Shown here one piece after another: positions 36,481 to 51,199 of a stretch of 64,000 nucleotides of DNA. The stretch comes from Squalus acanthias (Eukaryota). The DNA lies in contig CM059431.1 of assembly GCA_030390025.1 (NCBI GenBank), positions 116,686,001-116,750,000 of the forward strand, written 5' to 3'. The position numbers were made by a program, and so were the translations under genes. The notes below the pieces were generated by a model. The model had not been told where the DNA came from, made no database searches, and saw nothing but the letters and a program-made list of their open reading frames with translations. Each line of letters begins with the position of its first letter. Within the stretch, counting starts at the first letter, position 1.

Positions 36481-39470
36481 CAGGGTTATTCTTATTCCTG
36501 ACAGCTATGTAATGACCCCTGCTTTCTATGTATCGGAACTCCTGGAGCTCTCTGTTTTTCTACTCCATTGAGAAGGTTACTATTTGGAGTATAGAAAGCT
36601 TAGATAGAAGAAATGAACTTTTGAGGTATACTCAGAAAAGCACAAGATTGTTGTTACAAGGCCTATATTGACGAACAGTATAATACTCGTGTAAAGTCTA
36701 AGAAATAATTCTGCTTACGTGGCTGGGGGCAGTCAAATCCTCAATAACATTTATGGATTCTACTTACTTTTGTTACAACATTTCATAACAAAAACCTCAG
36801 TAACATCATGCAGGCAGTGCATTTGATTAAATATGCTATTCAGCAAGCACTTGTTCAATAGATGATGAATATGTATGATGTTTATAAGAGGTAACTGTAA
36901 ATCAATAGCTTATTGATCTAATTGGTTCAGCATTGTGGCACAACTTTCATTTGTCGGCGTAATGTTGAAAACGTACATTACCAGGGTCAATAAGTCAGTG
37001 CTGGGTATATGTCCTGTAATGTGGTATTGCTATGATGCTGCAAAATCTATTTAAATGGTATTGGCAACTAAGCCTAAAAACAGGGATAAGCAGAAATCCA
37101 AGATAATCCCAATTTGATCAGGTCGATATGGCTGAGTTAATACTGGGCTTTGTTTGAACAAGGCTCAATAACAATTTTAGATTCTCCATCTGTTTGTCCG
37201 AAATTTGCTTTCATGCTGCTTTCTCACAAAATGGCCGAAGGCCAAAGCTTGCAAAAAGACTTCCTGAAAATGAGTCTTGTTTTAGCGTTTAACTTTGCAT
37301 TGAAATGTAGTGAGTCCGTTAGGAGTTCAGTCAATGGTGAGATGTTGTTTAAGGGCCGTGCTGCCTTAGAATGTCCCAGGTTAGATTCCCGAGCTATGCT
37401 GAGTTAGCTGATCTCATCTGCGGTGGCATTTGGAGCACAATCATTAGCTTTGTGACCCCTGGGCAATGAAACACAACACATAAAAAAAAAATCAGCCAGG
37501 GTTCCTACTCTTGATTGCTATTGTGTGTGTTTGTGACTTCAATGAAGAACTGCAATGCACTCTACAGTCAACTAGCATACTGGCACTCACAGTGTAGGAT
37601 CACACTTAAGGCTAGAAAGCACTGTTGTCGATAATAAAGACAATACTTAACATGTTTGTATGGCATTTCTCGTTCTCCTCTTTTAACAGGGGTCTTAAAC
37701 CACTTGGGTTAATGGCTGCATTAAAACAGCCATAGAAATATCATACGAATCAGGTAAGCATTGGTTATTATTGACAAGTCATTTCTGGTTTATAGTACCA
37801 GGAGCTTTGTACCTCTGCTTTATAGAGCTTTCTCAACATCTTCAAAACAGTATTTTATAGAACTTTGCTTTTCTTCATTTGAAATGTTCTCTGAATCAAA
37901 ATACCATCATTATTGCTTTGAAACAAAAATAGTGCAGTCATTGATAGGCAATTTCACCATTCATTTTCAAATATATATATATCTATTAAAAAAAACTGAA
38001 GCAGGTTCTCCTCCCATTATTTTTCAGCGGAATGTTGAGGTGATAATTCTGCAATGAGCTCCAATACATTTTAAATGAGGCACATCCAAGGACAGCCACT
38101 TGAGTGCATTAAGGGAAGGTTGCTCCAAGACTAACTGGGTGGACCAAGCACAAAAGCCCAAATGTGTGCGTTTGTTGATCACCTTCTCACCAACAGCTAA
38201 AGGCATGGAGGTGAAACTGCCTGTTTGCATTGGGCAGGGGGAAGGCTTTGCAAACCCACCGTCTGCCCAGTGGAATTGGTGCGGGGCCTGACCAACGTTC
38301 ATGGTTGAGCCTCATTTGTATTATTTGGAGGAGCTGTTAGCACTGAACAGGTGCTGACAGGCAGCTTGCTTAAAGGAGTGGGGTGGTGGTGGGGTTGGGA
38401 ATTCTGGCGACTCCCCCACAGAGCCGAGCCGGAAGCAAGTAGTTAAAGGTGGTGGTGGGGTGGGGCGGGGGGGGGGGAGCGGGGGGTGGTGCTGGAGAGA
38501 CTGGCAGTGGGTGGGAAGATTTCTGTGGGACTCAAGTTAACATTCATTCTGCTCCTGGTCCCACAAAAATCAATGACGATGTCTTTATTTTAGGTGTTTC
38601 TGCACTGTCTGCAGCAGTCCCCTTTAAGGACTGCTGGTTCGATCACTCAAGGCTCAGTTCTATAAGGCAGAGCACATGCTCTAATGGTATACCAAAATTG
38701 CATCAGGGTCCTACAGATGGTGTAGGCCCCTGACTTGTATAATTAAGCAAGCTCCTGCTTGTTCCACACAGGAGCGCTGCTCGCCTATTTCCCGGTCCGT
38801 TATAAAATCAAGGCGGGATGGAGGTTGGCAGGAACCAGAGAATGAGGATGACAATCAGCCCTAGGATTTCCTTTTCAGTCTCTCTACATTCTCCAAACAA
38901 CTGCTCTAGCTATGAGCTCAGTTCATAAAAGTAACAGAAGAAGCTGACAGCCAAAAATGGCATTTCATGAAAGCTGGGAAAATGAAAAGGCCATTTGGCT
39001 CCTCAGACCCACTCCTTCCTGAGCCAGTCATGGACTTTCACACCCAAGATCTCGGTACTCGTTACTCTCAAGTCCCTTTCTCAACAGCTTGTGCTTTCTG
39101 CTCGTGTATTCCACATATACCAAAAAAGTTCTGATTTCTTATCTTACTCAAAACTTGTGAATTTTATAATAGTGTCTGTGATTTTTAACTTCGCTTTCCA
39201 AGCTATTTAAGCTGCTTACCTCAAACCTATCTACAGCTTGCATTGTTCTAAGAGTTGGTGTCTCCTTTTAGTCTTTTCTCCAGAGAAAATAAGTTACATT
39301 ACCTGAATCTTGGAGGATGAGCATACAACTTATCAACAAGCCGAAATATGGTAACATAGTACTGTCCCTAAAAGGTTTAAAAGTGAGATACATGAAGGTG
39401 GCTATTATTACACTATCAAAACATCCTGATAAATTTTCAATTAGTGGAACTGAATACTCACTTTCATAAT

Positions 39471-40212
39471 GGGCCAAAAATTCATCCCGCTGCGCGAGAG
39501 TACGCACTGCGTACTCTCGCGTATTCTCTCTCCAATTGCCGGTTTTCTGCATGCCCTGCGCATGCGCTGAAAACCGGCACTTGGTCTTTTGAAAAGGGGG
39601 CGGTTCCTCGGTGCATCGCGTGCGCGCTACAGGCTGCGCGCACGCTGTGCACTTCGTGCTTTGGACGCGCAGGTAAGGACGGAAGATTTTAGAAATGGAA
39701 AAAGGAGGAGTAAGACCCACTTTTAACAAGGTAAGTAGTGAATTAAGTATTTTTTTGAATTTTTTTTAACAGGTATATCTTTTTTAGAGACTTTAAAGAC
39801 AGGTAAGTTTATTTTTATAACTTTTTAAAAGATTTTAAAATATTCAAAAATTTAATTTTTTATTTAAAATGGTTAATTTATTTAACTATACTTATTTTAT
39901 TAATGTGATGGTTTTTTTTTAAATTTAATTGAGGTTTAGCTGTTATTTTGGGGGGGTGTAAGATTCATAGATTTCACAGCACGTATGTGAAACTTATGAA
40001 TGGAAGATGGTGTGCTGCCATTGGCTCTAACTGAGTCACGTGATCCCACAGCTCGCACGAATTCACTACGCCGGTGGGATACGCAAGCACTGCCCAGCTG
40101 ATGTCTGGAACATCAAGTTCGTGCGAGCTGGATCTGAAAAAGCCAACGCGGAGTGAGAGATCGCGGGGAAGCCTTACCCCCGCGGGAACAGAGCGAGATC
40201 AATTTCTGGGCC
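39471..40212. mobile_element. CpG-rich MITE with 3-bp TSD (Harbinger-like)
   Basis: Imperfect TIR GGGCCAAAAATTCATC / GATCAATTTCTGGGCC, flanked by AAT on both sides. Confidence 0.65.
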
Positions 40213-42241
40213 AATAGGTTTGTTGAGCACAACAAGTGTTCAGTTCTTTTTGTTTTGAACAGCCCACCCTGAGTCAGAAGACGGTTGTAATTATTTAGCT
40301 CTTGTCATAGTTCCATTGTTTACACCCGTGAAGGACAGTATAGCAATGGTTCCAATCACTCCAATATGATGCTGTTCTTCATGGGCGGTACTGCCAGAAT
40401 TCCAATGCGAACACAGTGAATCAAGAGCTTTATGACATTTTTCACACTCACTAAATGTTGTGATGTGTATTCTTCGCAAACATCCATTGGAAATTTCTTT
40501 ACAATGTAACTGGAGAATCTGCCTGCATTTATATCACTGTTAGAGCCATCAAAGAACACAAGAACATAAGAACATAAGAAATAGGAGCAGGAGTAGACTA
40601 TTTGGCCCTTCGAGCCTTCAATAAGATCATGGCTGATCTTCAACCTCATCTCCACTTTCCTGAACTATCCCCATATCCCTTGATTCCCTTAATATTCAAA
40701 AATCTATCGATCTCTGCCTTGAATATACTCAACGATTGAGCCTCCACAGCCCTCTGGGGTAGAGAATTCCAAAAATTCACCAACCTCTGAGTGAAGAAAT
40801 TTCTCCTCATCTCAGTCCTAAATGGCCGACCCTTTATTCTGAGACTGTGACCCCTGGTTCTAGACTCCCCAGCCAGGGGAAATATCCTCCCTGCATCTAC
40901 CCTGTCAAGCCCTGTAAGAATGTTTCAATGAGATCCCCTCTCATTCTTCTAAACTCTAGAGAATATAGGTCGAGTCTACTCAATCTGTCCTCATAGGACA
41001 ATCCCCCTATCCCAGGAACCAGTCTGGTGAACCTTCGTTGCACTCCCTTTATGGCAAGTATATCCTTCCTTAGGTAAGGAGACCAAAACTGTACACAATA
41101 CGCCAGGCGTGGTCTCACCAGGGCCCAATATAATTGCAGCAAGATGCCTTTACTCTTATACTCCAATCCGCTTGTAATAAAGGCCAACATACCATTTGCT
41201 TTCCTAATTGCTTGCTGTACCTGCATGTTAACTTTCAGTGATTCGTGTACAATGACACCAAGATCCCGCTGAACACCAACATTTCCCAATCTCTCACCAT
41301 TTAAAAAATACTCTGCTTTTCTATTTTTCCTACCAAAGTGGATAACTTCACATTTCTCCACATTATATTCCATTTGCCATGTTCTTGCCCACTCACTTAG
41401 CCTGTCTATATCCCCTTGAAGCCTCCTTGCATCCTCTTCACAAATTACATTCCCATCCAGCTTTGTATCATCAGCAAACTTGGATATATTACATTTGGTC
41501 CCCTCATTCAACTCATTGATGTTGAATGTGAATAGCTGAGGCCCAAGCACTGATCCTTGCGGTACTCCACTAGTTACAGCCATGTAACCCGATAATGACC
41601 CGTTTACTCTCTGTTTTCTGTCCATTAACCAATCCTCAATCCATGCTGGTATATTACCCCCAATCCCATGAGCCCTAATTTTGTTTAATAACCTCTTGTG
41701 TGGCACCTTATCGAATGCCTTCTGAAAATCCAAATACACCACACCCACTGGTTCCCCCTTATCAATTCTGCTAGTTACAACCTCAAAAAACACTGACAGA
41801 TTTGTCAAACACAATTTCCCTTTCATAAATCCATGTTGACTCTGGCCAATCCTATTATTACTTTCTAAGTGCCCTGTTACCACGTCCTTAATAATAGATT
41901 CTAGCATTTTCCCTACTACTGATGTCAGGCTAACTGGTCTGTAGTTCCCCATTTTCTCTCTCCCTCCTTTCTTAAATAGTGGGATTACATTTGCTACCTT
42001 TCAATCCGTTGCAACCATTCTAGAATCTATGGAATTTTGGAAAATGACAACAAATGCATCCACTATCTTTATAGCCAACTCTTTCAAAACCCTAGGATGT
42101 AGGCCATCAGTCCCATTAATTTCTCTAGTACTACTTTTTTACTAATACTAATATCTTTCAGTTCCTCATTCTTGTTAGACCCCTGGTTGTCCACTATTTC
42201 CGGAAAGTTTTTGCGTCTTCTTCCATGAAGACAGACACAAA

Positions 42242-45200
42242 GGCTCCGATTTTAACTCCAGGTGGATTCCCTGCTCAAGACTTAGTTAAAATTACAGTCA
42301 GGTCTCAATAATGTTATTGGGCCACAATATGCATCTATAAAGATTCAATATTCAGGAAGGACAGACAAAAAGGAAAAGGAGGGGGGTAGCATTGCTGGTT
42401 AAAGAGGAGATTAACACAATAGTAAGGAAGGATATTAGCTCTGATGATGTGGAATCTGTATGGGTAGAGCTGAGAAATACCAAGGGGCAGAAAACGTTAG
42501 TAGGAGTTGTATACAGACCCCCAAACAGTAATGCTGAGGTTGCGGATGGCATTAAATGGGAAATTAGAGAGGCGTGTAATAAGGGCACAGCAGTTATCAT
42601 GGGTGACTTTAATCTACATATAGATTGGGCTAACCAAATTAGTAACAATACTAAGGAGGAGGAATTCCTAGAGTGTATATGGGATGGTTTCCTGGACCAA
42701 TATGTCGAGGAACCAACTAAAGATCAGGCCATCTTAGACTGGGTATTATGTAATGAGAAAGGATTAATTAGCAATCTTGTTGTGCGAGGCCCCTTGGGGA
42801 GGAGCAATCATAATATGATAGAATTCTTCATTAAGATGGAGAGTGAAGTAGTTGACTCAGAGACTAGGGTCCTGAATTTAAATAAAGGAAACTATGATGG
42901 TATGAGGCGCGAGTTGGCTAGGGTGGATTGGGGAGCATTACTTAAAGGGTTGACGGTGGATAGGCAATGGCAAACTTTTAAAGATCGCATGGATGAACTA
43001 CAGAATTTGTTCATCGCTGTTTGGCATAAAAATAAAACAAAAAAAGTAACTCAACCGTGGCTAACAAGGGAAATTAGGGATAGCATAAGATCTAAGGAGA
43101 GGACATATAAATTGGCCAGAAAAAGCAGCAAACCTGAGGATTGGGAACAGTTTAGGATTCAGCAAAGGAGGACAAAGGGATTAATTAAGAGGGGGAAAAT
43201 AGAATATGAGAGTAAGCTTGCAGGAAACATAAAAACTGACTGTAAAAGCTTCTATAGATATGTGAAGAGAAAAAGATTGGTGAAGTCAAACATAGGTCCC
43301 TTGCAGTCAGAATCAGGGGAATTTATAATGGGGAACAAAGAAATGGCTGACAAATTAAATACATACTTTGGTTCTGTCTTCACAAAGGAGGACACAAATA
43401 AACTCCCAGAGATGTCGGGGAACATAGGGTCTAATGAGAGGGAGGAATTGAATGAAATCACTATTTGTAGGGAAATGCTGTTAGGGAAATTGACGGGATT
43501 GAAGGCTGATAAATCCCCAGGGCCTGATAATCTATATCCTAGGGTACTTAAGGAAATGGCCCTAGAAATAGTAGATGCATTGCTGGTCACCTTTCAAAAT
43601 TCTATAGACTCTGGAACAGTTCCCATGGATTGGAGGGTAGCTAATGTAACCCCACTATTTAAAAAAGGTGGTAGAGAAAAAACAGGGAATTATAGACCAG
43701 TAAGCCTGACACCGGTAGTGGGAAAAATACTAGAGTCCATTATAAAAGATGTAATAGCAGAGCACTTGGAAAACAGTGACAGGATCGGACAAAGTCAACA
43801 TGGATTTACAAAAGGGAAATCATGCCTGACTAATCTACTGGAATTTTTTGAGGATGTAACTGGTAGAATAGATAAGGGAGAAACAGTGGATGTGGTGTAT
43901 TTGGACTTTCAGAAGGCTTTCGATAAGGTCCCGCATAAGAGATTAGCGTGCAAAGTTAAAGCACATGGGATTGGGGGTGAGGTACTGATTTGGATAGAGA
44001 ACTGGTTGGCAGACAGGAAGCAAAGAGTTGGAATAAACAGGTCTTTTTCCGAGTGGCAGGCAGTGACTAGTGGGGTACCACAGGGATTGGTGCGAGGACC
44101 CCAGCTATTCACAATATATATAAATGATCTAGACGAGGGAACTAGATGTAATATCTCGAAGTTTGCAGACGACACAAAGCTGGGTGGGCGTGTGTGCTGT
44201 GAGGAGGATGCAGAGAAACTCCAGTATGATTTGGACAGGTTGAGTGATTTGGCAGATGCATGGCAGATGTAGTATAATGTGAATAAATGCGAGGTTATCC
44301 ACTTTGGTGGCAAAAACAGGAAGACAGATTATTATCTGAACGGCAATAGACTGGGAAAAGGGGAAGTGCAACGAGATCTGGGAGTCCTTGTGCACCAGTC
44401 GCTGAAGGTAAGCATGCAGGTGCAGCAGGCGGTTAAGAAGGCAAATGGTATGTTGGCCTTCATAGCGAGAGGATTCGAGTACAGGAGCAAGGATGTCTTG
44501 CTGCAGTTGTACAAGGCCTTGGTGAGACCACACCTTGAGTATTGTGTGCAGTTTTGATCGCCTTATCTTAGGAAGGATGTTCTTGCCATGGAGGGAGTGC
44601 AGCAAAGATTTACCAGACTGATACCTGGGATGGCAGGAATGACCTATGAAGAGAGATTGGGTAGATTAAGCTTATATTGGCTAGAGTTTCGAAGAATGAG
44701 AGGGGATCTCATTGAAACTTATAAAATTCTAACAAGACTAGACAGACTAGATGCAGGAAGGATGTTACCGATGGCGGGGGAGTCCAGAACCAGAGGTCAC
44801 AGTCTAAGGATAAGGGGTAAGCCATTTAGGACTGAGATGAGGAGGAATTTCTTCACCCAGAGAGTGGTGAACCTGTGGAATTCTCTACCACAGTAGGTAG
44901 TTGAGGCCAATTCATTAAATATATTCAAAAAGGAGATAAATATATTTCTTAAGGCTAAAGGGATCAAGGGATATGGGGAGAAAGCAGGGACAGGGTACTG
45001 AATTTGGATGATCAGCCATGATCTCATTAAATGGCGGAGCAGGCTCGAGGGGCCGAATGGCCTACTCCTGCTCCTATCTTCTATGCTTCAATGACCCTGT
45101 TGGCTCCGGGCACATGGCCTTGCTGCCTGCTCAGGCGAGCAGGTTAAAATTGCAAGTGTTGCGATCATGGCAGCTTTCGGACAGGTAAGAGCCTGGGCGA

Positions 45201-45252
45201 TTTTAGTTGCCCACCCACCAGGTTTCTGCTGAGCGAGTAGGATTAAAATCAT
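42242..45252. mobile_element. MITE split by CR1 (arms 42242-42349 and 45087-45252)
   Basis: GATTTTAA near the left end and TTAAAATC near the right end; TTCAAT duplicated around the inner CR1. Confidence 0.55.
42350..45086 (+). mobile_element. CR1 LINE, 5'-truncated within the APE domain; ORF2 nearly intact (626-aa open stretch, then 3 stops)
   Basis: ORFs 42392-44272, 44279-44557 and 44588-44896 are in the same frame; CR1 tail; TSD TTCAAT (42344 and 45087). Confidence 0.95.
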
Positions 45253-45454
45253 CTTGTATTTGTTTAATTTCTCTTGCCATTTCCTTATTCCCCATTATAA
45301 TTTCTCCTATCTCAGCCTGTAAGGGACCCACATTTACTTTTGCTAATATTTTCATGTTTCCTACCAAAAAACAACGATTTGTCAACAAACAATATCCAGT
45401 ATTTGTGAGCCACTACACTGAATGCCAATTGAAAACTCAATGTGGCTGCACAGG

Positions 45455-46087
45455 TAGTTAACAGGTAGAAAATAGGATTATCCCCATTTTTCGTTCCGAA
45501 GTGCGGGCTTCCCGACCTCGGGGAACCCCGTCAGGGTGTAGGAGGTCTGCGAGGGTCGGAAGGGTCTGAAAGTGCGATGTTGAGGTGAGTGATGGGTGCA
45601 AGTGTGGAGTGGTAAGTATGTGAGGTGAGTGTAAAGTGTTAGAAAATGTTCACTTACCTTTGTTTCTGCCTACAGCCTTCAGCTGCTGTGGAGCCGGAGT
45701 CCCGACATCTCCATTGTAGATTTCACAGACTGGCTGCTGGATCCTCCGATCCAACAGTCATCTGATTTCTACAAAGTAGAAAGGTTTGATGAGTCCTGAA
45801 CACAAGGACTCATCAAACTACACAGAATGTCAGTGTTTGACAGCTTCACAGAGCTGTCAAATGATGACATTTCTTCTTTCAAAAATTCTTGACAGATGAC
45901 ACGTCATACGTTGACATGCTCTGTCACTAACTTCCACCTAATTGGCCTGCTAAGCCCGCCGGTTAGGCTTAACAAGGTCAATCAGGGGAAGATGCCACTG
46001 GTTGGCCAGAGGCTGATGGAGGCGGGACTGAAACCAGGCAAGCAGCAGTCCCGCCTCCAACACATCTCCATTGAGAAAATCTAGCCC
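45455..46087 (-). mobile_element. Harbinger-like MITE, family A
   Basis: Ends GAAAATCTAGCCC; 45830-46000 aligns with the reverse complement of 13970-14140. Confidence 0.7.
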
Positions 46088-46754
46088 AATGTGTGGGTCG
46101 GAGATAGGACTATAGCGCTATGCAAGTAATGTTATAAAGTAGAGCTCCCCCACTGAATACACGTATCAGGAATTTAGGCACACACTCCCAATGACTTTTG
46201 TTTCTTAAAATGAATAGAAAGAAAATCATGGAGAGTGTGTGCCTGAATTCCCAATTCGCACCCTGGACAGGCAAAGTTCTGTGATGGGAATGCTAATTTA
46301 TAAAATTGACTCTTAAAGCCTCGATTCTGAAATCTGCACTCCCATATTGGTGCAGCCTCACTGAATTTACCCTTGAGTTTTTGATGCTAGATCAAGTGGT
46401 CATACTGACATCATGATTAATGTCAGGAATTTCCGCGGGGATTTTTCATGATTGGCTGCTGTAACGTTGGCGGAAGATCGGTGGAAACCTCAGACAAACC
46501 ACGTAAAAGGGGTTTCCATTTACAATGAACTTACAATCACCAATCGGCAGAACTCCAAAGGAAATTTCCTTCGTTAGTCTTTAAGTGAAGCCTAGTCAAG
46601 GACAGGACATACCAAGATATATGGAACAGGCATTACTAAATGGGAAATCAATGGGAACCCTGATACAATCCCTCCAAATCACTTTGTTCTCCCAACATCC
46701 AACAGAGATAAACTCATGAGACATTTGTGCTTGAAACAAATGGCACCGATCTTG

Positions 46755-47452
46755 ACTGGGGTGGGATTTCTGAGCAGGTGGGGGGACGAGTTATGTCCGG
46801 GTTTCCACGCACGCTGTGGAGTTTTGACTTTTTTTCCCCCAGCAGGTTCCCCACCTGGAAGCCAGCCTGACTGACAGGATTGGCTCCCTGTCAGGCAAGG
46901 AATGCTCCGGAGGAGGCCGCAGCCCAGGAGCAGGCAGGGAGTCTTCTACTGAGATAGGGATAGCCTGGGAGGGGAGGGTCTGAATCTTGGGGGTGGGGGG
47001 GGTGGGGGAGGTCAGCGAGGCTGAGTGGGGAGGTCGGCAGTCCTGGGGGGGCGGGGGGTGTCCACGATACTGAGGAGGGGTAGCAGATTTGCTTGGTGGG
47101 CCGGGGGGAAGCACTCCTGCTCCTCCTGGCCCACAAGCAGTACTGGAAAAGCACTCACCTCTTCCACGCAGCAGTCCTCGAATTCTTTTAGCTGCCGGGT
47201 TTCCCGAGATCCACGAAACCCATCAGGCCAGGGTTAAATCGGGAAGGCAGATAAAATCTGAGACACGCAGCCTCATTATAATATTTAAATGACCAACCTG
47301 CCTCCTGGGAGTGGGTTGGTCATCCGCCCCCCGACCCGCCTCCAGAAACCAAAAGTGGGAGATTTCGAGGTGGGTTGGGTTCGGGTTTGAGATTTTAAAA
47401 ATTTCCACAGACCGACCCAAACCCACCCATTTTTAAAGGTTAAAATTCCCCT
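46755..47452. mobile_element. Harbinger-derived MITE, family B
   Basis: 47160-47452 aligns with the Harbinger terminus at 56315-56545; both end in GGTTAAAATTCCC. Confidence 0.7.
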
Positions 47453-48158
47453 CAATGTCTCTGGCTGCACTCTATTGTTATTCTACTGCATCTTTATATC
47501 TATATCTATAATATAGTAAAAATCCGATGTATGCACGCGCTTCCTGTCTATAAAACCTCACTTCCTGTCATCACGTTTGATCACACTTTTGTGTCAACTT
47601 TTTCTGCACCCACATGTTTAATGCAAATTGCCTATGGAAACTTGTCCCGTGTATTTCTACCCTTCTGCCGGTCGTGAAACTGCAGTTTTGCATCTCTCAG
47701 CTCCCAGCAGAGAAACTCTGGTGCTCTAACCAACTCTAACTTCTCTGCTTCCCAAATTCTCATATGTTTTGCTAGTTAACCAAAAATAGTAATATAAAAT
47801 TAAAGCATTATATAAAATAATGATAGAAAGTATAACTTTATAACGGGGATGAACTACATCTGTGTTCTGATCCAATGATCACCCACCCTCTAACCCTGCT
47901 TCATCTTTACACCCTCATATGCACACACACTTCTACAAGAGGTAGACACCCCGTAACATAAATCAGGGTCAACATGATCTCCTGGACTAGTTTCGATGAC
48001 CTAAGCGGGGTTAGAGAGCAATTTCCAGATTTTTTTCCCTAATTGGTCTGGATTTTTAGATGTTTATTCACCTCTTCCAGGAAATAACATGTCTCCAGAG
48101 AGTGTCTGTATCATGATGCATAAGGCATCACAACTATCTGGGATGGTCTACATGGACC

Positions 48159-48264
48159 AGTTCTGATGAAAGGTCATCAACCTGAAATGTTAACTCTGTT
48201 CCTCTCTCCACAGATGCTGTCTGACCTGCTGAGTGGTTTCCAGCATTTTCTGTTTTTATTTTAG
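48159..48264 (+). mobile_element. About 100-bp PLE pLTR insertion (second family) starting at its hammerhead motif
   Basis: agtt-CTGATGA-a-AGGT catca ACCT-GAAA-TG-TT-aact; direct repeat ATGGACCAGTT at 48152 and 48265; homologous to 36380-36480. Confidence 0.8.
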
Positions 48265-49681
48265 ATGGACCAGTTGCTCTGTTCCTCTCTGTCATTTTTG
48301 TATGTTATAGGGTTGGATTTTCCTCCAGTATCCTGTCCAAAATTGCTGGGATAGCAACGCAAAAGATGGGTAAAATGGGTGATGAGGCGATTGACGCATT
48401 CGTGGACTTCCTTCCACCTACTCTGATTGGGACAGGCGCTGACCACCCTGTCTCACCTGCCACATGTGACTGCCGATGGTGAAGCAGGGCCCAGTTGGCC
48501 TCCGCATTTCCCGATTACCCCGGTGTTCCTTCTGTTATGACTTCTGTTCTATGTTCCCTTTACAGTTCATCCTCGTTCACCCTCCAGGTGCTCACTGGTG
48601 AATCTTCTACACGGAGAGTGGTTCCAAGCCCCAGAAACAGGAACTGCAGCAGAATTCATCCAATCACTTTTTCTCCCATACTCCCCCCAACCTAACCAAT
48701 CATATTGATGATACATACATGCCCAGGCACAAGCGGTGCTTGGGCCCCTCTTATCTCTGTCTTCAGTCTCATCACAAGCTTGTATTGTCTCTTGGTTAAT
48801 GGCCCATCCTGCAGACCTGGAAACGAACGGCTTTCAAGTCTGAAAAACATTGTTCTCTTTACTAATTTAATTAGAGGAATGAATGTAACCGAGGCCTATC
48901 AAAGCTAAGAAATTAAATGTAGTCTACCAGGACCCAATATTATAAACTAATGAAAGAGGTTGTAAATTGGACAAAGGAATAAACAGAATACTCGTTTGTC
49001 TGGAAAGGCCTATTATCAATTGTAGCAGTTTAAGACTCCAGTTTAAGGCTGCAATTTTTAATTCTTTCGGACTAGTTTCCCCAAATACCTTCTAAACCCC
49101 TATTTCTTTATGTATAGTAGTGTTGATAAGCATATGAATTCATGCAATGAGGAAGAAGGGTCAGTAGCAGCCCCCTTTCCCGCAATAGAAACTCCAAAAA
49201 ACCTACATTTTAGGCCTCTGTCTTGACCATGACCCAAATTAAAAAGTTCACCTTTCTTCTTTGATGCTTTTTCATTCCTTGAAGTCCTCTCCTCCTCTTC
49301 AGATGCTGCACTTGTGGTATTTTTGCAGCACCGCCCAAATTTTCCTGCACATGAGGAACAGCAGGCTTCCCCTTGGTGGCGGGATTCCACTGGAAGCTTA
49401 TCCTGCCTGCCAAACGAGCCCTGACCCAATGAAATGAGTCGGGGTTACAGCAGGCTCAAGACAGCAGATGGAAGACCCTCCCTATTACTACTGCACCAGG
49501 AAGAAGTGAATCCAGACCCTGCTGTCTGTCTGAACTAAAAACTCATTCTGCATCACGTTATAAAGTAATTTGGTAAAACTCAGAAAGAAGCCTAAAAATC
49601 CTTTTGTAGTAAAAGAAGGTATGTCCGTTTCAGTTGATTCGACAGCCTGCCACTTGTTCTGACAGAATACTACTGATGCAT

Positions 49682-50158
49682 AAAGAAAGAAAGACTTGCA
49701 TTTATATAGCGCCTTTCATGACCACCGGACGTCCCAAAGCGCTTTACAGCCAATGAAGTACTTTTTTGAAGTATAGTCACTGTTGTAATGTAGGAAACAT
49801 GGCAGCCAATTTGCACACAGCAAACTCCCACAAACAGCAATGTGATAATGGCCAGATAATCTGGTTTTTTTTTAGTGATGTTGGTTGAGGGATAAATATT
49901 GGCCAGGACACTAGGGATAACTCCCCTGCTCTTCTTCAAATTAGTGCCATGGATTCTTTTACACCCACCTGAGAGAGCAGACGGGGGCCTCGGTTTAAGG
50001 TCTCATCTGAAAGACGGCACCTCCGACAGTGCAGCACTCCCTCAGCACTGCACTGGAGTGTTAGCCTAGATTTTTGTGCTCAAGTCCCTGGGGTGGGACT
50101 TGAACCCACAACCTTCTGACTCAGAGGCGAGGGTGCTACCAACTGAGCCACGGCTGAC
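49682..50158 (-). mobile_element. Deu-domain SINE (SacSINE1-like), full length
   Basis: Reverse complement of 10617-11086; A box TGGCTCAGTTGG and B box GGTTCAAGTCC on the minus strand. Confidence 0.85.
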
Positions 50159-51199
50159 ATACAATGAGAAATTTTGCACATGCTCACACTGCACTCTTCT
50201 TGAAGTTAACTGATTGGCTGCATTTGCTTTGGTTGGTTTTTGTGACCCTGTATTGTACAGATGAGTCTGGATAGCTGAAGATGTATGATTTGTTACTTTT
50301 TAAAATTTAAGTCTATCAAAAATTGCGATGCTAGAACCATCAGCTATCCAATTGTTTTGATAGACGATAGATCAATTTCCCAATGTTTGCATAAGAGAGC
50401 TATAAAATAACATACCAAAAAAAACCTGAAATCTTGGAAAGCTCTTGCTGCAATGGAACTTGAGGTGACAGCTCCTGAATTAATGTTACAGATCAGGAAT
50501 AATAGCAATAAACTTTTTTAAATACGAACAGAAAGATCATGAAGAAGCAATGAACCTCTTGTCAATTCTCAGTGTAGCGGAAATACAAATACTTACATTT
50601 TCATGACAGATAGTTACCATTTCAATAAAACATTATAGTGTAGAGTGCATTGAAATTCATTGCCTTATAAAATTTTATTGGACCAGTTTGAATTATTCTA
50701 ATGTTACCATTTTCATATATACACAGCCACATAACTGGAATTCCAACTGGAACTAAGATTTATTCAATAGACACAATGACACAGCATAAGTTCAACATTA
50801 TAATTGGCACTATGCTATCGGTGTCCATCAAAAAATGCTATAAATTCCTTTAACATATTAATTTGTTTTGTGGTGACTTTCCTGTGCATACCAAGGTTAA
50901 ATGAGAAAAAAATAGCTATTCAACCTTGTTGAGCTATTTTTCTCTATTTGAAAATCTTAGTCTAGAATAGGCTTGAGTGCAATGCGAAGAATATCTCTTA
51001 TACTCACATCTATTTTTATACTAAAATTTGCAAGTGGAAAATATACTTAATTATGTGCAACCTTCAAATGTAGCACATCAAAAGGGGTCAGACAAGAATA
51101 GTAAGGATAATTCAGGACATATTTCTCGAAGAGACTTGTTGAACTGAACTTGACTTCATTGAAGAAAGAAGATTATGGAGTAATTTCATTAAAATGCTG

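Larger units (their letters stand above)
40552..45350 (-). mobile_element. Minus-strand CR1 (40552-42241, resuming about 45255-45350), interrupted by a MITE that itself contains a + strand CR1
   Basis: 351-aa RT ORF at 40897-41952. The continuation KVNVGPLQAEIGEIIMGNKEMA at 45.3 kb joins onto the 42240 end. Confidence 0.9.
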
